IMG/VR virus record: IMGVR_UViG_3300049925_000152
Location: 1-46,537 of that record
Strand: one strand, 5' to 3'
From: a virus
Lineage: Duplodnaviria > Caudoviricetes
DNA length: 46,537 nt
This document shows positions 1 through 8,497 of this stretch, piece by piece. Both the position numbers and the translations under genes were made by a program. The number at the start of each line of letters is the position of its first letter. Position 1 is the first letter of the stretch. A model generated the notes under the pieces. The model saw only the letters and a program-made list of their open reading frames with translations, had not been told where the DNA came from and did no database searches.

Positions 1-1
1 C

Positions 2-526
2 ACCTTTAAACGTCTTGCGCCTAGCATCATCTACGGAGCAACAAACTCTGTCCTAAAGAGTGTCTCTGTGTCTACTGACATCAATTCAGCGATCGCACAG
101 CAGCAGATCATCGAGTTTGGAAAGTCATCGTTCTTGAACAACGTGAAGGCAGACGAGTCATCTGACGTCAATGAAGTTACTCTGTTCCCAGGATCTGTCA
201 CTATCAACATGATCGGGATGCCTATCATCGAGCGAGGTCAAGAAGTCTTCCTTGACCTGGGTACGGGCACGACGCTCGATGCACTCTACTACGTCACCTC
301 AGTGAAGCACGACTTCAGACCAGGTGATTTCACGACGAACCTGTCTCTGATCTACAAGGGTCAAGGCTCGATCTCAAGTCTCAAGACGATGATCGAGAAC
401 TACAACAAGACACTGAAGAAACCTGACCAGGCAGCACCACCCACCCCGACTCCAACAAGTTCTCATCCAGATCAGCTGACTTCTTATCGTGACTTCCAGC
501 AATTAAAAAACGATAGTAAAATCTAA
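2..526 (+). CDS. 5'-truncated gene; C-terminus resembles phage baseplate hub / late-control-D-like proteins
   Basis: Frame open from position 2 to TAA at 526; GQEVFLDLGTG...YYVTSVKHDF...FTTNLSL resembles hub-protein C-termini. Confidence 0.45.
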   Translation, partial: TFKRLAPSIIYGATNSVLKSVSVSTDINSAIAQQQIIEFGKSSFLNNVKADESSDVNEVTLFPGSVTINMIGMPIIERGQEVFLDLGTGTTLDALYYVTSVKHDFRPGDFTTNLSLIYKGQGSISSLKTMIENYNKTLKKPDQAAPPTPTPTSSHPDQLTSYRDFQQLKNDSKI

Positions 527-542
527 AACCGTTCAATAGAAT
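515..542 (+). promoter_or_regulatory. sigma70-like promoter AGTAAA-N16-TAGAAT, probably leaderless
   Basis: Same GTAAA-N16-TANNNT pattern as upstream of several other genes; ATG 549 lies 7 nt after the -10. Confidence 0.5.
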
Positions 543-548
543 CGTCGT

Positions 549-1721
549 ATGACGTCTATTCTAATCGATGGAAGTTATCTTGGAATGCCACAGCACGTCG
601 CTGTCGATCGATCAGGGACTTGCTCGCTGCTGTCTGATCCAGATGATGCAGTCTGGAAGTGGTCGGACGTCTGTGCACACAACAGTCTGCGACACTTGGC
701 GCTGGGTACGGGCACTGCAGTCGCAAACCAGCCACCCACTTCACATGCCAAGTCGTGGGAAGCGCTCGGCGTCACACCACCCTGGGTCCACGCCTTACCT
801 CCTCATGTCTTTAAGAAATGGCTCCAGAGGTTCTCTGCTGATCTCCTAGACCTTTGTGATAAATGGGCTGACAGTTACTATGGACGTGAGTATCAAGTTC
901 AACAGAGATTACTGCAGAAGCTTCGGCAGCCCGTCGTTAGTGATGATCTCATTAAGACAGCAGGCGATGAGAAGCTGTCTCACTTCATGTCTGAAGACGG
1001 ACGACACGCACCGAAGTCTGTGTATGACATCTGGTCTTCGACGACGGGTCGCATGTCGATCTGCAGCGGACCCAACATCTTGACGCTAGATCGTCAACAC
1101 CGCAAGATCTTCAAGAGCAGATACACAGGAGGCGTCATCCTCCAGATTGACTTTACGTCGCTGGAGCCGTGCACAGCACTTGCAATGCAAGGAAAAGCCT
1201 TCGACGGAGATGCATACACGTGGGCAGCAGGGAAAGTTGATGTCGAAGCACCCAGAGACGTCTTGAAAGTTGCAGTTATGTCAGCGCTCTACGGAATGTC
1301 ACCGTCAAACTTTGCCAAGAAGTTTGAGAACATTCCACATGCAAACGATCTGCTCTTCCAGGTGCGAGACGCATTTGGAGTCGATAGGATGACTAAGCAG
1401 CTTCGAGAGCAGCTCGACGCTGTAGGACACATCACAAACTACTACGGCAGGGTGATCAAGTGCGACAAGAAATCACCACTAGTCTCTTACAGCGTCCAGT
1501 CGACCGCAGTCGACGTCGTCTGTCAGGGGTTCACGGCACTGCTAGAGGAGTTTGAGCGTGATAAATGGGACGTCACACCGCTTTACCTCATCCACGACGC
1601 GTTGATGATCGATGTCTCACCATCACACATTGAGTCGCTTCGCGGACGTGTGGCAGCAGGTGTCTGGATACCGACAATGTCGTGTACAATGCCCCTCAAG
1701 TTGAAGACAATAGATGCATGA
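549..1721 (+). CDS. short family A DNA polymerase-like protein (polymerase domain only)
   Basis: TTGRMS; motif A QIDFTSLEP; motif B RDVLKVAVMSALYG; VQSTAVD; motif C LIHDALMID; 390 aa with no exonuclease domains. Confidence 0.8.
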   Translation: MTSILIDGSYLGMPQHVAVDRSGTCSLLSDPDDAVWKWSDVCAHNSLRHLALGTGTAVANQPPTSHAKSWEALGVTPPWVHALPPHVFKKWLQRFSADLLDLCDKWADSYYGREYQVQQRLLQKLRQPVVSDDLIKTAGDEKLSHFMSEDGRHAPKSVYDIWSSTTGRMSICSGPNILTLDRQHRKIFKSRYTGGVILQIDFTSLEPCTALAMQGKAFDGDAYTWAAGKVDVEAPRDVLKVAVMSALYGMSPSNFAKKFENIPHANDLLFQVRDAFGVDRMTKQLREQLDAVGHITNYYGRVIKCDKKSPLVSYSVQSTAVDVVCQGFTALLEEFERDKWDVTPLYLIHDALMIDVSPSHIESLRGRVAAGVWIPTMSCTMPLKLKTIDA

Positions 1722-2305
1722 GCAACGATAACATCGAAAGCAACTACAATATTTTCGTCAAACTTACACAAAAATGCGGAGCTCGCAGTGAGGCTTTGAT
1801 GCATCTCATCGACCAGCTCGGCGAACGACTAGCAATTTGTCCTGCTCATGACCGACGTGAACGATCAACTGCAAAACCTGGTGGGCTGATTGAGCACAGT
1901 CTCAATGTGGTCAAGACCATGCGGGCAATTGAGACTGCAACTGCCTTCGGCGTCGACCCTGAGAGTATGATCCTCGTAGGACTCTACCACGACATCGGTA
2001 AGGTGGGTGATCTAACGACAGACTACTATCTCGAGCAGACGTCAGACTGGCACCGTGACAAGGCAGGAATCCTCTACACGTACAATCCTGCAATGCTCAA
2101 GATGCCACACGCTCATCGATCTCTTGCACTTCTGCAAGCTGCAGGAGTGACTCTGACGACAGACGAGTGGGTGGCGATCGCATCAGCGCAGGGTCCCTCG
2201 CTAGATGAGAACAAGTTCTACGTGGGTGGCGAGACACCGCTCACTCTACTTACACAGACAGCAGTTCGGATAATCTCGCAAAAAGAGAAGGTAAGTGATA
2301 CATAG
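1718..2305 (+). CDS. HD-domain phosphohydrolase
   Basis: GGLIEHSLNV and LYHDIGK motifs; ATGA overlap with the upstream stop puts the start at 1718. Confidence 0.8.
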   Translation: MSNDNIESNYNIFVKLTQKCGARSEALMHLIDQLGERLAICPAHDRRERSTAKPGGLIEHSLNVVKTMRAIETATAFGVDPESMILVGLYHDIGKVGDLTTDYYLEQTSDWHRDKAGILYTYNPAMLKMPHAHRSLALLQAAGVTLTTDEWVAIASAQGPSLDENKFYVGGETPLTLLTQTAVRIISQKEKVSDT

Positions 2306-2310
2306 TAGAT

Positions 2311-2856
2311 GTGAGTAAGTCGCAAGAACCAAAATCAGGTTGGTATTCCGGTCGCACAACGGGCATCCCCGTAGCCGGTGCTATCGGAGGCGGGGATGAT
2401 TTCGCGCAGAGAATAGCCAAGCCATATATACCAGGGCGACCCTCACAAGGTGGTATGAGCACAAGTGCTGATACCACCTTTTCACTTTCGATGGGAAACA
2501 CAGTTCCAGATCCGCAGGACGAAGATCTAGATGGTTTCAACATCGACAGCATCACGACAGACAAGCTGGCAGGACCAAGAAGGTTGCCGAGGTGGTTTAA
2601 GTTGAATAAGAAGCAGTACTTCCAGCGACCCCTGAGCGAGATGCTTGAAAATGACACCGACGTTCTACCTCACGAGGAGCTGGAAGCTGACCTCGAGGAG
2701 TTCTCCGGTGTCGGCGCAATTGCAGGCTATGTCGAGCCGCTTCACGGTCCAGGCGGACCGGCTCAATCACGTCGGGATTTCTACAAGCGGATGGCTAAGC
2801 CATACGGCGCGAAGTATTTGGAAGATCCACTGAAGGTTGCAAAAGCGCGTCCATAG
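2311..2856 (+). CDS. hypothetical protein
   Basis: 181-aa ORF tiling the + strand gene array, preceded by ATACATA motif. Confidence 0.7.
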   Translation: MSKSQEPKSGWYSGRTTGIPVAGAIGGGDDFAQRIAKPYIPGRPSQGGMSTSADTTFSLSMGNTVPDPQDEDLDGFNIDSITTDKLAGPRRLPRWFKLNKKQYFQRPLSEMLENDTDVLPHEELEADLEEFSGVGAIAGYVEPLHGPGGPAQSRRDFYKRMAKPYGAKYLEDPLKVAKARP

Positions 2857-2967
2857 TTATAAAATGAAGCGTTGAATCGTACGATATCTTCGCTTCCCTT
2901 CTACGAAAAAGAATCATCTTTCTTTTAGAAGTTAAGCATTAATCATTAATCATTAGGATAAGACAAC

Positions 2968-3801
2968 ATGGCTATCAATTTCGACGCACTGCGTAAGCGT
3001 CTTGACAATCTGTCTGGAAACAACAAGAAGAGCTCTGCCTCCTGGAAGCCCAAGGAGGGTGAGGAGTACACGATTCGACTCCTTAGCTTCCCAAACAACG
3101 AGGGTCAGCCATTCAAGGAGCTCTGGTTCTACTACAACATCGGTAACAATCCAGGCCTTCTCGCTCCTTACCAGTTCGGCAAGGCAGATCCCATCCAGGA
3201 CCTGATCCAGAAGCTCCGCGACGAGGGCACCAAGGAGTCCTACGAGCTCGCCAAGAAGCTCTATCCTAAGATGCGCTGCTACGCTCCTGTCGTCGTCCGA
3301 GGCGAGGAGGACAAGGGTGTGCAGATCTGGGCATTCGGCAAGCAGGTCTACCAGACGCTCCTCGGGATCATGCTCGATGAGGACTACGGTGACATCACCG
3401 ATCCTGAGAGCGGTCGAGATGTGAAGGTCAAGTGCTACAAGCTGCCAGGTAAGAAGTTTGCTGAGACCGAGGTCATGCCTCGCGGTAAGGCGTCAACTCT
3501 CTCATCAAATGCAGGAACTGCCAAGCAGTGGCTCACAAACGTCCCAGACGTCTCAAAGATGTTTGAGCTCAAGTCATCTGATGAGCTGACCAAGATCGTC
3601 AATGACTGGATCAACGGTGGCATGCAGGACGGTGACGGCACCACACGCGGCGGCCCAACAACCGATGACGACTCTGACACTGGCACAACGACCACAGTGT
3701 CTGCTTCCAAGACAACTGCAGTCCAGAACACGAATACCACGAAGAAAAGTGGCAACTACTCATCTATCGACGACGCTTTCGAAGATCTGATGGGCGACTG
3801 A
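2968..3801 (+). CDS. single-stranded DNA-binding protein, T4 gp32-like
   Basis: WKPKEG..IRLL..PFKELWFYY, GVQIWAFGK, DITDPESGRD, acidic tail IDDAFEDLMGD; upstream of recA; AGGA RBS. Confidence 0.8.
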   Translation: MAINFDALRKRLDNLSGNNKKSSASWKPKEGEEYTIRLLSFPNNEGQPFKELWFYYNIGNNPGLLAPYQFGKADPIQDLIQKLRDEGTKESYELAKKLYPKMRCYAPVVVRGEEDKGVQIWAFGKQVYQTLLGIMLDEDYGDITDPESGRDVKVKCYKLPGKKFAETEVMPRGKASTLSSNAGTAKQWLTNVPDVSKMFELKSSDELTKIVNDWINGGMQDGDGTTRGGPTTDDDSDTGTTTTVSASKTTAVQNTNTTKKSGNYSSIDDAFEDLMGD

Positions 3802-3816
3802 TCAACTGACTTGATT

Positions 3817-3860
3817 TAACAGGACGTGGGTTGTAAATCTGACTCACGTCCTGTTATAGT
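3817..3860 (+). promoter_or_regulatory. 16-bp inverted repeat overlapping promoter TGTAAA-N17-TATAGT upstream of recA
   Basis: TAACAGGACGTGGGTT/GACTCACGTCCTGTTA arms (3817-3856, two G-U pairs); -35-like at 3832-3837, -10 at 3855-3860. Confidence 0.55.
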
Positions 3861-3876
3861 ATTCATAGGAGGCAAA

Positions 3877-4575
3877 ATGGCAAGAATTGCTAAGGAAAAG
3901 AAAGGTGGCGACGAACTTGGCGGTGATTTTACCGCTGAGCTCATCTCATCGCTCAACAAAGAAAACGGCTCTCGAATTGCTTATAACCTTGCAGAGGACG
4001 AGTCGCCCACACACGTGAAAAGTTGGGTGTCAACTGGGTCCACACTGCTTGATTACATCATCTCCAACCGCAAAAATGGTGGGCTTCCCGTCGGCCGCAT
4101 CATCGAGATCTTTGGTCCACCATCGATCGGTAAGTCACACATCGCAACACAGATCGCACGTTCGACCCAACAGATGGGTGGAATTGCAGTCTACATCGAC
4201 ACAGAGAATGCGACATCTGTAGAGAATCTGCAGGCGCTCGGCGTCGACGTCACTAGACGTTTTGTCTACGTCGACACGCACTGCACTGAGGACGTCTTTG
4301 ACACGGCAGAGAAGACGATCCTGAAGGCGAAGGCGATGCAGAAAGATGTGCCCATCACCATCATCTGGGACTCTGTCGCAGCTTCTTCGCCTAAAGCAGA
4401 GCTGCTAGGTGACTATGACAAGGAAACCATCGGCCTTCAGGCGCGTGCAATCTCCAAGGGCATGCGCAAGATCACGGGCGTCATCGGTGACCAGAACGTG
4501 CTGATGATCTGTCTAAATCAGATTCGCACAAAGATCGGTGTCCTGCACGGTGATCCAACAACTGTCCCGGGTGGT
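3877..4575 (+). CDS. recA: RecA/UvsX recombinase, exon 1
   Basis: GGAGG RBS then ATG 3877; GGLPVGRIIEIFGPPSIGKS (Walker A), IIWDSVAA, LNQIRTKIG, ends TTVPGG. Confidence 0.92.
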
Positions 4576-5677
4576 GAATTGCTTGCCTCCCATGCATGGG
4601 CTTAAACTGCTAATTCATCCCGTGAATTGCTGGAAAACCCTTAGAGCTTGATCACCACAACGTAGCGAGTAATTGCAAGCGTGACGGTTTGAAAAGATTA
4701 AGATTGGGCAATCAGCAGCCAAGCTTCCTGGTGACAGGTTGAAGGTTCAGAGACTAGAAAAAGTAATCTTGTGTATAGGCATCCCTTTACATGACATCAT
4801 TTGAAGATGAAGGAGGCACAATGCAAGAAGAAATTTCCACGAGCGCGGGACAAAAATTTAATTGTGAAATATGTGGCAAGAAGTTCAAAGCAATAACGAA
4901 TACGCACCTAAAAAGACATGGAATAACTGAATCAGAATACAAAGAGAGCTTTCCACATTCTCAGCTCGGTGATTTTTCAAGATTTAATACTTGGAGATCA
5001 TCTGAAGAAAATAAGCATCACTTAAAAGAGAACGCTAAAATGGTTTATTCAAATACTATGCTACTAGAGAAAAAAAGAGAAGCACGACGTGCTGCTTGCT
5101 CTAGGTCTGAGTATTTAGAAAAGCTTTCTAAGATCTCTAAAAAGAATGCCAAGACAGAAAAGATGCAAGCTGTCTATGCCTGTGCAAAAGATCGTGTAAG
5201 CAAAAGAATGAGAATGTCGAATTTTGAAAGGTGGAAAGAAAGATTCGGAGAAGAAGAAGCAAGAAATCTACTTGAGTCATGGTCTAAAAAAGTAAAGATC
5301 CCAAGCATTTCAAAAAACACGCTTCCTGAGAGATATTTCATGAGCATGTTGAACGAGCTAAAGATTCATGCTATCCAGCAGTATCCAGCGCTTGGCTTTG
5401 TTTGTGATTTCTACGTTCCAGATTACAACGTCATAGTTGAAATCGATGGAGACTTTTGGCATGCTAACCCGAATAGATTTTCTGCATTCGATCTGGTCGG
5501 TCCCAAGAGAATGAAAGCACAAGAGGTCTGGGACCGTGATTTGAAAAAAAGAAATGCTCTTGAGAAAGAAGGATACAGAGTAATTCGTTATTGGGCATCT
5601 GAACTTAAGAATACCACGTCGCAAAGAATTTTTGAAGATATAGTCCAATCCTCAAAGAAACTTGAGGTGCCATTATG
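4576..5677 (+). mobile_element. group I self-splicing intron (1102 nt) in recA
   Basis: Exon ends in U and intron ends in G; P GAATTGCTGGAAA (4624), Q AATCAGCAG (4710), R GTTCAGAGACTA (4745), S AAGATATAGTCC (5635); P9 CCTCAA/TTGAGG; IGS GAATTGC pairs exon 2 GCAATTC; splicing restores PGG-MAIPFHASVR. Confidence 0.93.
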
Positions 5678-5678
5678 A
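4821..5678 (+). CDS. intron-encoded homing endonuclease, C2H2 zinc finger plus Vsr/DUF559 (EDxHD)-like nuclease
   Basis: AGGAGG RBS before ATG 4821; CEICGKKF..HLKRH; CDFYVPDYNVIVEIDGDFWH...RD...GYRVIRYW; AT-rich. Confidence 0.85.
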   Translation: MQEEISTSAGQKFNCEICGKKFKAITNTHLKRHGITESEYKESFPHSQLGDFSRFNTWRSSEENKHHLKENAKMVYSNTMLLEKKREARRAACSRSEYLEKLSKISKKNAKTEKMQAVYACAKDRVSKRMRMSNFERWKERFGEEEARNLLESWSKKVKIPSISKNTLPERYFMSMLNELKIHAIQQYPALGFVCDFYVPDYNVIVEIDGDFWHANPNRFSAFDLVGPKRMKAQEVWDRDLKKRNALEKEGYRVIRYWASELKNTTSQRIFEDIVQSSKKLEVPL

Positions 5679-6133
5679 TGGCAATTCCATTCCATGCGTC
5701 AGTTCGTCTGAAGCTGGGTGCAGGTCAGCAGATCCAGAACAAGAACGGTGACGTCATCGGTATCAACGTCTCTGCCAAGACCATCAAGAATAAGGTGTCA
5801 CCACCATTCCGAATGGCCAACTTCCAGATCCACTTTGGTAAGGGTATCGTCGAGCACGAGGAGATCTTTGACGTCCTCCGCGACGCAGGTGAGCGTCAGG
5901 TCGGCAATAAGATCATCTGTGTGTCAGGTGATGGTGCCTGGAAGGTCTTCACAGTGACTGATGCTGACAAGGGTCAAGTGATCATCGAGAAGAAGTTTCA
6001 CAAGGCAGAGTTTGGTGAGCTTCTGAGGAATGCTGAGTACAAGACATTCTTAGAAGATCTGATCGAGGCAGTCATGATCAGATCAGGCACAGACACAGAT
6101 CTGACGTCAGCTGACGGCGAGGACAATGAGTGA
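5678..6133 (+). CDS. recA: RecA/UvsX recombinase, exon 2 (spliced product 384 aa)
   Basis: AIPFHASVRL and KTIKNKVSPPFR match the RecA C-terminal half. Confidence 0.92.
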   Translation: MAIPFHASVRLKLGAGQQIQNKNGDVIGINVSAKTIKNKVSPPFRMANFQIHFGKGIVEHEEIFDVLRDAGERQVGNKIICVSGDGAWKVFTVTDADKGQVIIEKKFHKAEFGELLRNAEYKTFLEDLIEAVMIRSGTDTDLTSADGEDNE

Positions 6134-7097
6134 CCTAAGTCGCTCTCAGACGGTGCTGCTGGTAGATGCAATGGGCCTCTACCTGCGGCACTTTGTCGCT
6201 CACCCTGCGATGGGTAAAGACGGACAGCATGTCGGCGGCGTCGTCGGCTTCCTCCTCGATCTAAAGCGAATCGTAGAGCGGTTTAAGCCGAACCCAATCT
6301 ACGTCGTCTGGGAGGGGGGAGGAAGCCCTCGTCGTAGATCGATCTACAAAGACTACAAGAGCCACCGTCGACCTGAACGTCTCAATAGGTTCTACGAGAA
6401 CGACATCCCCAACACGGTCAGTGATAGAAACAACCAGGTCAAGATCCTGGTCAAATTGCTCAAGATGACGCCCGTCTGTCAGATCTACGTCCCAGACTGT
6501 GAAGCAGATGACGTCATCGGGTACATGGCACGCTACCACTGTAAAGATGCACTAAAAATCATCTTATCAGCAGATAAAGACTACTACCAGCTTATCTCTG
6601 ACGGTGCCATCATCTACTCACCGACATGGAAGAAACTTGTGCAAGAAGCAGACGTTCTCGAGCGCTTCGGCGTCCACCCAGTCAACTTCTCTCTAGCAAA
6701 GTCAGTGTGTGGAGATGACTCAGACAACATACCCGGCGTCGACGGTGTAGGTTTCAAGACGCTTGCTAAGAGATTCCCGACGTTTGCAGGAGACGATTCT
6801 ATCACAATAGAGCAACTGCTGTCAGAATCACGCGCGAAAGTAGAGAGCGGGTCGAAGGTACAAGCATACCATCACATTGCCGAGAATGAGGTGCTGATCA
6901 GGAGAAACTGGTCACTTGTCAATCTTGACACGGCAAATCTTGCAGCATACCAGATTGAGAGAATCAATGGTATCTGTGATACTTTTAAGCCCTCACGCAA
7001 TAAGATTGAGTTCATACGGGCCCTCCTACAGGAAGGCATACAGACCTTTAACGTTGATCAGTTCTTCCTAGCACTATCACACATCCAAACAGGGTAA
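6126..7097 (+). CDS. 5'-3' exonuclease / flap endonuclease (T4 RNase H / PolI N-terminal-like)
   Basis: LLVDAMG, YKSHR, EADDVIG, SADKDYYQL, GDDSDNIPGVDGVGFKT. Confidence 0.9.
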   Translation: MSDLSRSQTVLLVDAMGLYLRHFVAHPAMGKDGQHVGGVVGFLLDLKRIVERFKPNPIYVVWEGGGSPRRRSIYKDYKSHRRPERLNRFYENDIPNTVSDRNNQVKILVKLLKMTPVCQIYVPDCEADDVIGYMARYHCKDALKIILSADKDYYQLISDGAIIYSPTWKKLVQEADVLERFGVHPVNFSLAKSVCGDDSDNIPGVDGVGFKTLAKRFPTFAGDDSITIEQLLSESRAKVESGSKVQAYHHIAENEVLIRRNWSLVNLDTANLAAYQIERINGICDTFKPSRNKIEFIRALLQEGIQTFNVDQFFLALSHIQTG

Positions 7098-7098
7098 C

Positions 7099-8466
7099 AT
7101 GCAAGATCCGCACTTTAAGCAGTACGGGAAGCAGTTTCAGGAGAAAATCTTCCAGGGACTGCTGACTGACAGATCATGGGCGACACAAATGATTGAGATC
7201 ATGTCACCCAGCTTCTTTGAGCTGAAGTATCTACAGTTTCTGACACAGCGATACTTCGACTACTACCAGAAGTACAAGGATTTTCCTACTCTAAGCTTGC
7301 TTGTCACGATCATTCGTGACGACCTTAAGGAAGGAAAAGACGTCGTCCTCCGCGACCAGATCGTAGAGTTCCTGCAGCGCATTCGCGTCAACCCAGACAT
7401 GGGTGATGTCCAGTACGTCAAGGATAAGACACTTGACTTCTGTAAGAAGCAGGCGATGAAGGAGGCGCTCGAGAAGGCTGTTGAGATGATTGCGACTGAC
7501 AATCTGGATTCTGTCATGGATCTCATGAAGAATGCGCTGTCAGCAGGCACACCTGCAGCGATCGGTCATGACTTCTTTGAGGACACTGAAGCAAGATTCG
7601 TCAAGACACGACGCTTGACTTGCCCGACTGGTCTTACGCAGATCGATGCGCAAGACATCCTCAACGGCGGTCTAGGAAGAGGCGAAATTGGTGTAGTTGT
7701 GGCGAATACGGGCGTCGGAAAGTCACATTTTCTTGTTCAAATGGGTGCTGAGGCGTTGCGTGTAGGCAAAAACGTCGTTCACTATACATTTGAACTGTCT
7801 GAGACAGCTGTTGGTCTTCGTTACGACTCGAATCTTTGTGAGATCCCCAGCGGTGACGTAATTGATCGCAAAGATGAAGTCATGGAGTTCTACAAGAACA
7901 ACCAGCTTGGTCGTCTGATCATCAAGGAATACCCAACAGGAACAGCATCAGTTCAAACACTTCGAAATCATATTGAGAAGCTACTTCTGAAGTCGTTCGT
8001 ACCAAGCATTATTATTATCGATTATGCAGACATCATGAAGTCATCACGAAAGTTTGACTCTCTTAGGCACGAATTGAAGCTTGTTTATGAAGAATTGAGA
8101 AATTTTGCAATGGATCTCAATGTTCCTATCTGGACAGCATCACAATCAAATCGTGAAGGATCAAACTCAGAGATCGTTGGTCTTGAGAACATGTCTGAGG
8201 CATACGGTAAAGCGATGGTCGCTGACGTTGTTCTCTCGATTTCTAGAAAGCCTAATGAAAAAGCAACGGGAGCAGGACGAATCTTTGTTGCAAAGAATCG
8301 TGCAGGTCGAGATGGCGTTCTATTTCCAATGCATATTGACACATCAATGTCAAGATTTAAGCTTATAGACTCTAATGAGTTATCTGTCGACGATGTCGTC
8401 AAGGCAGATGGATCAAGCATGAAGAAGCTTCTCAAGGAGAAGTGGGAAGAGATTAACGGTAAGTGA
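7099..8466 (+). CDS. replicative DNA helicase, DnaB / T4 gp41-like
   Basis: GGLGRGEIGVVVANTGVGKS, IIIDYADIM, WTASQSNR, KNRAG. Confidence 0.9.
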   Translation: MQDPHFKQYGKQFQEKIFQGLLTDRSWATQMIEIMSPSFFELKYLQFLTQRYFDYYQKYKDFPTLSLLVTIIRDDLKEGKDVVLRDQIVEFLQRIRVNPDMGDVQYVKDKTLDFCKKQAMKEALEKAVEMIATDNLDSVMDLMKNALSAGTPAAIGHDFFEDTEARFVKTRRLTCPTGLTQIDAQDILNGGLGRGEIGVVVANTGVGKSHFLVQMGAEALRVGKNVVHYTFELSETAVGLRYDSNLCEIPSGDVIDRKDEVMEFYKNNQLGRLIIKEYPTGTASVQTLRNHIEKLLLKSFVPSIIIIDYADIMKSSRKFDSLRHELKLVYEELRNFAMDLNVPIWTASQSNREGSNSEIVGLENMSEAYGKAMVADVVLSISRKPNEKATGAGRIFVAKNRAGRDGVLFPMHIDTSMSRFKLIDSNELSVDDVVKADGSSMKKLLKEKWEEINGK

Positions 8467-8497
8467 TCATTGTGTATTGTAAGGAAAGGAGTCTTAA

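Noticed and set aside
4576-4605. recA as a truncated pseudogene or two separate genes
   Set aside because: Complete group I intron signatures explain the break, and splicing restores the frame
7930-8400. AT-richer 3' half of the helicase as an inserted element
   Set aside because: Helicase motifs are continuous with no intein or intron signature; at most a recombination mosaic, and not quantified
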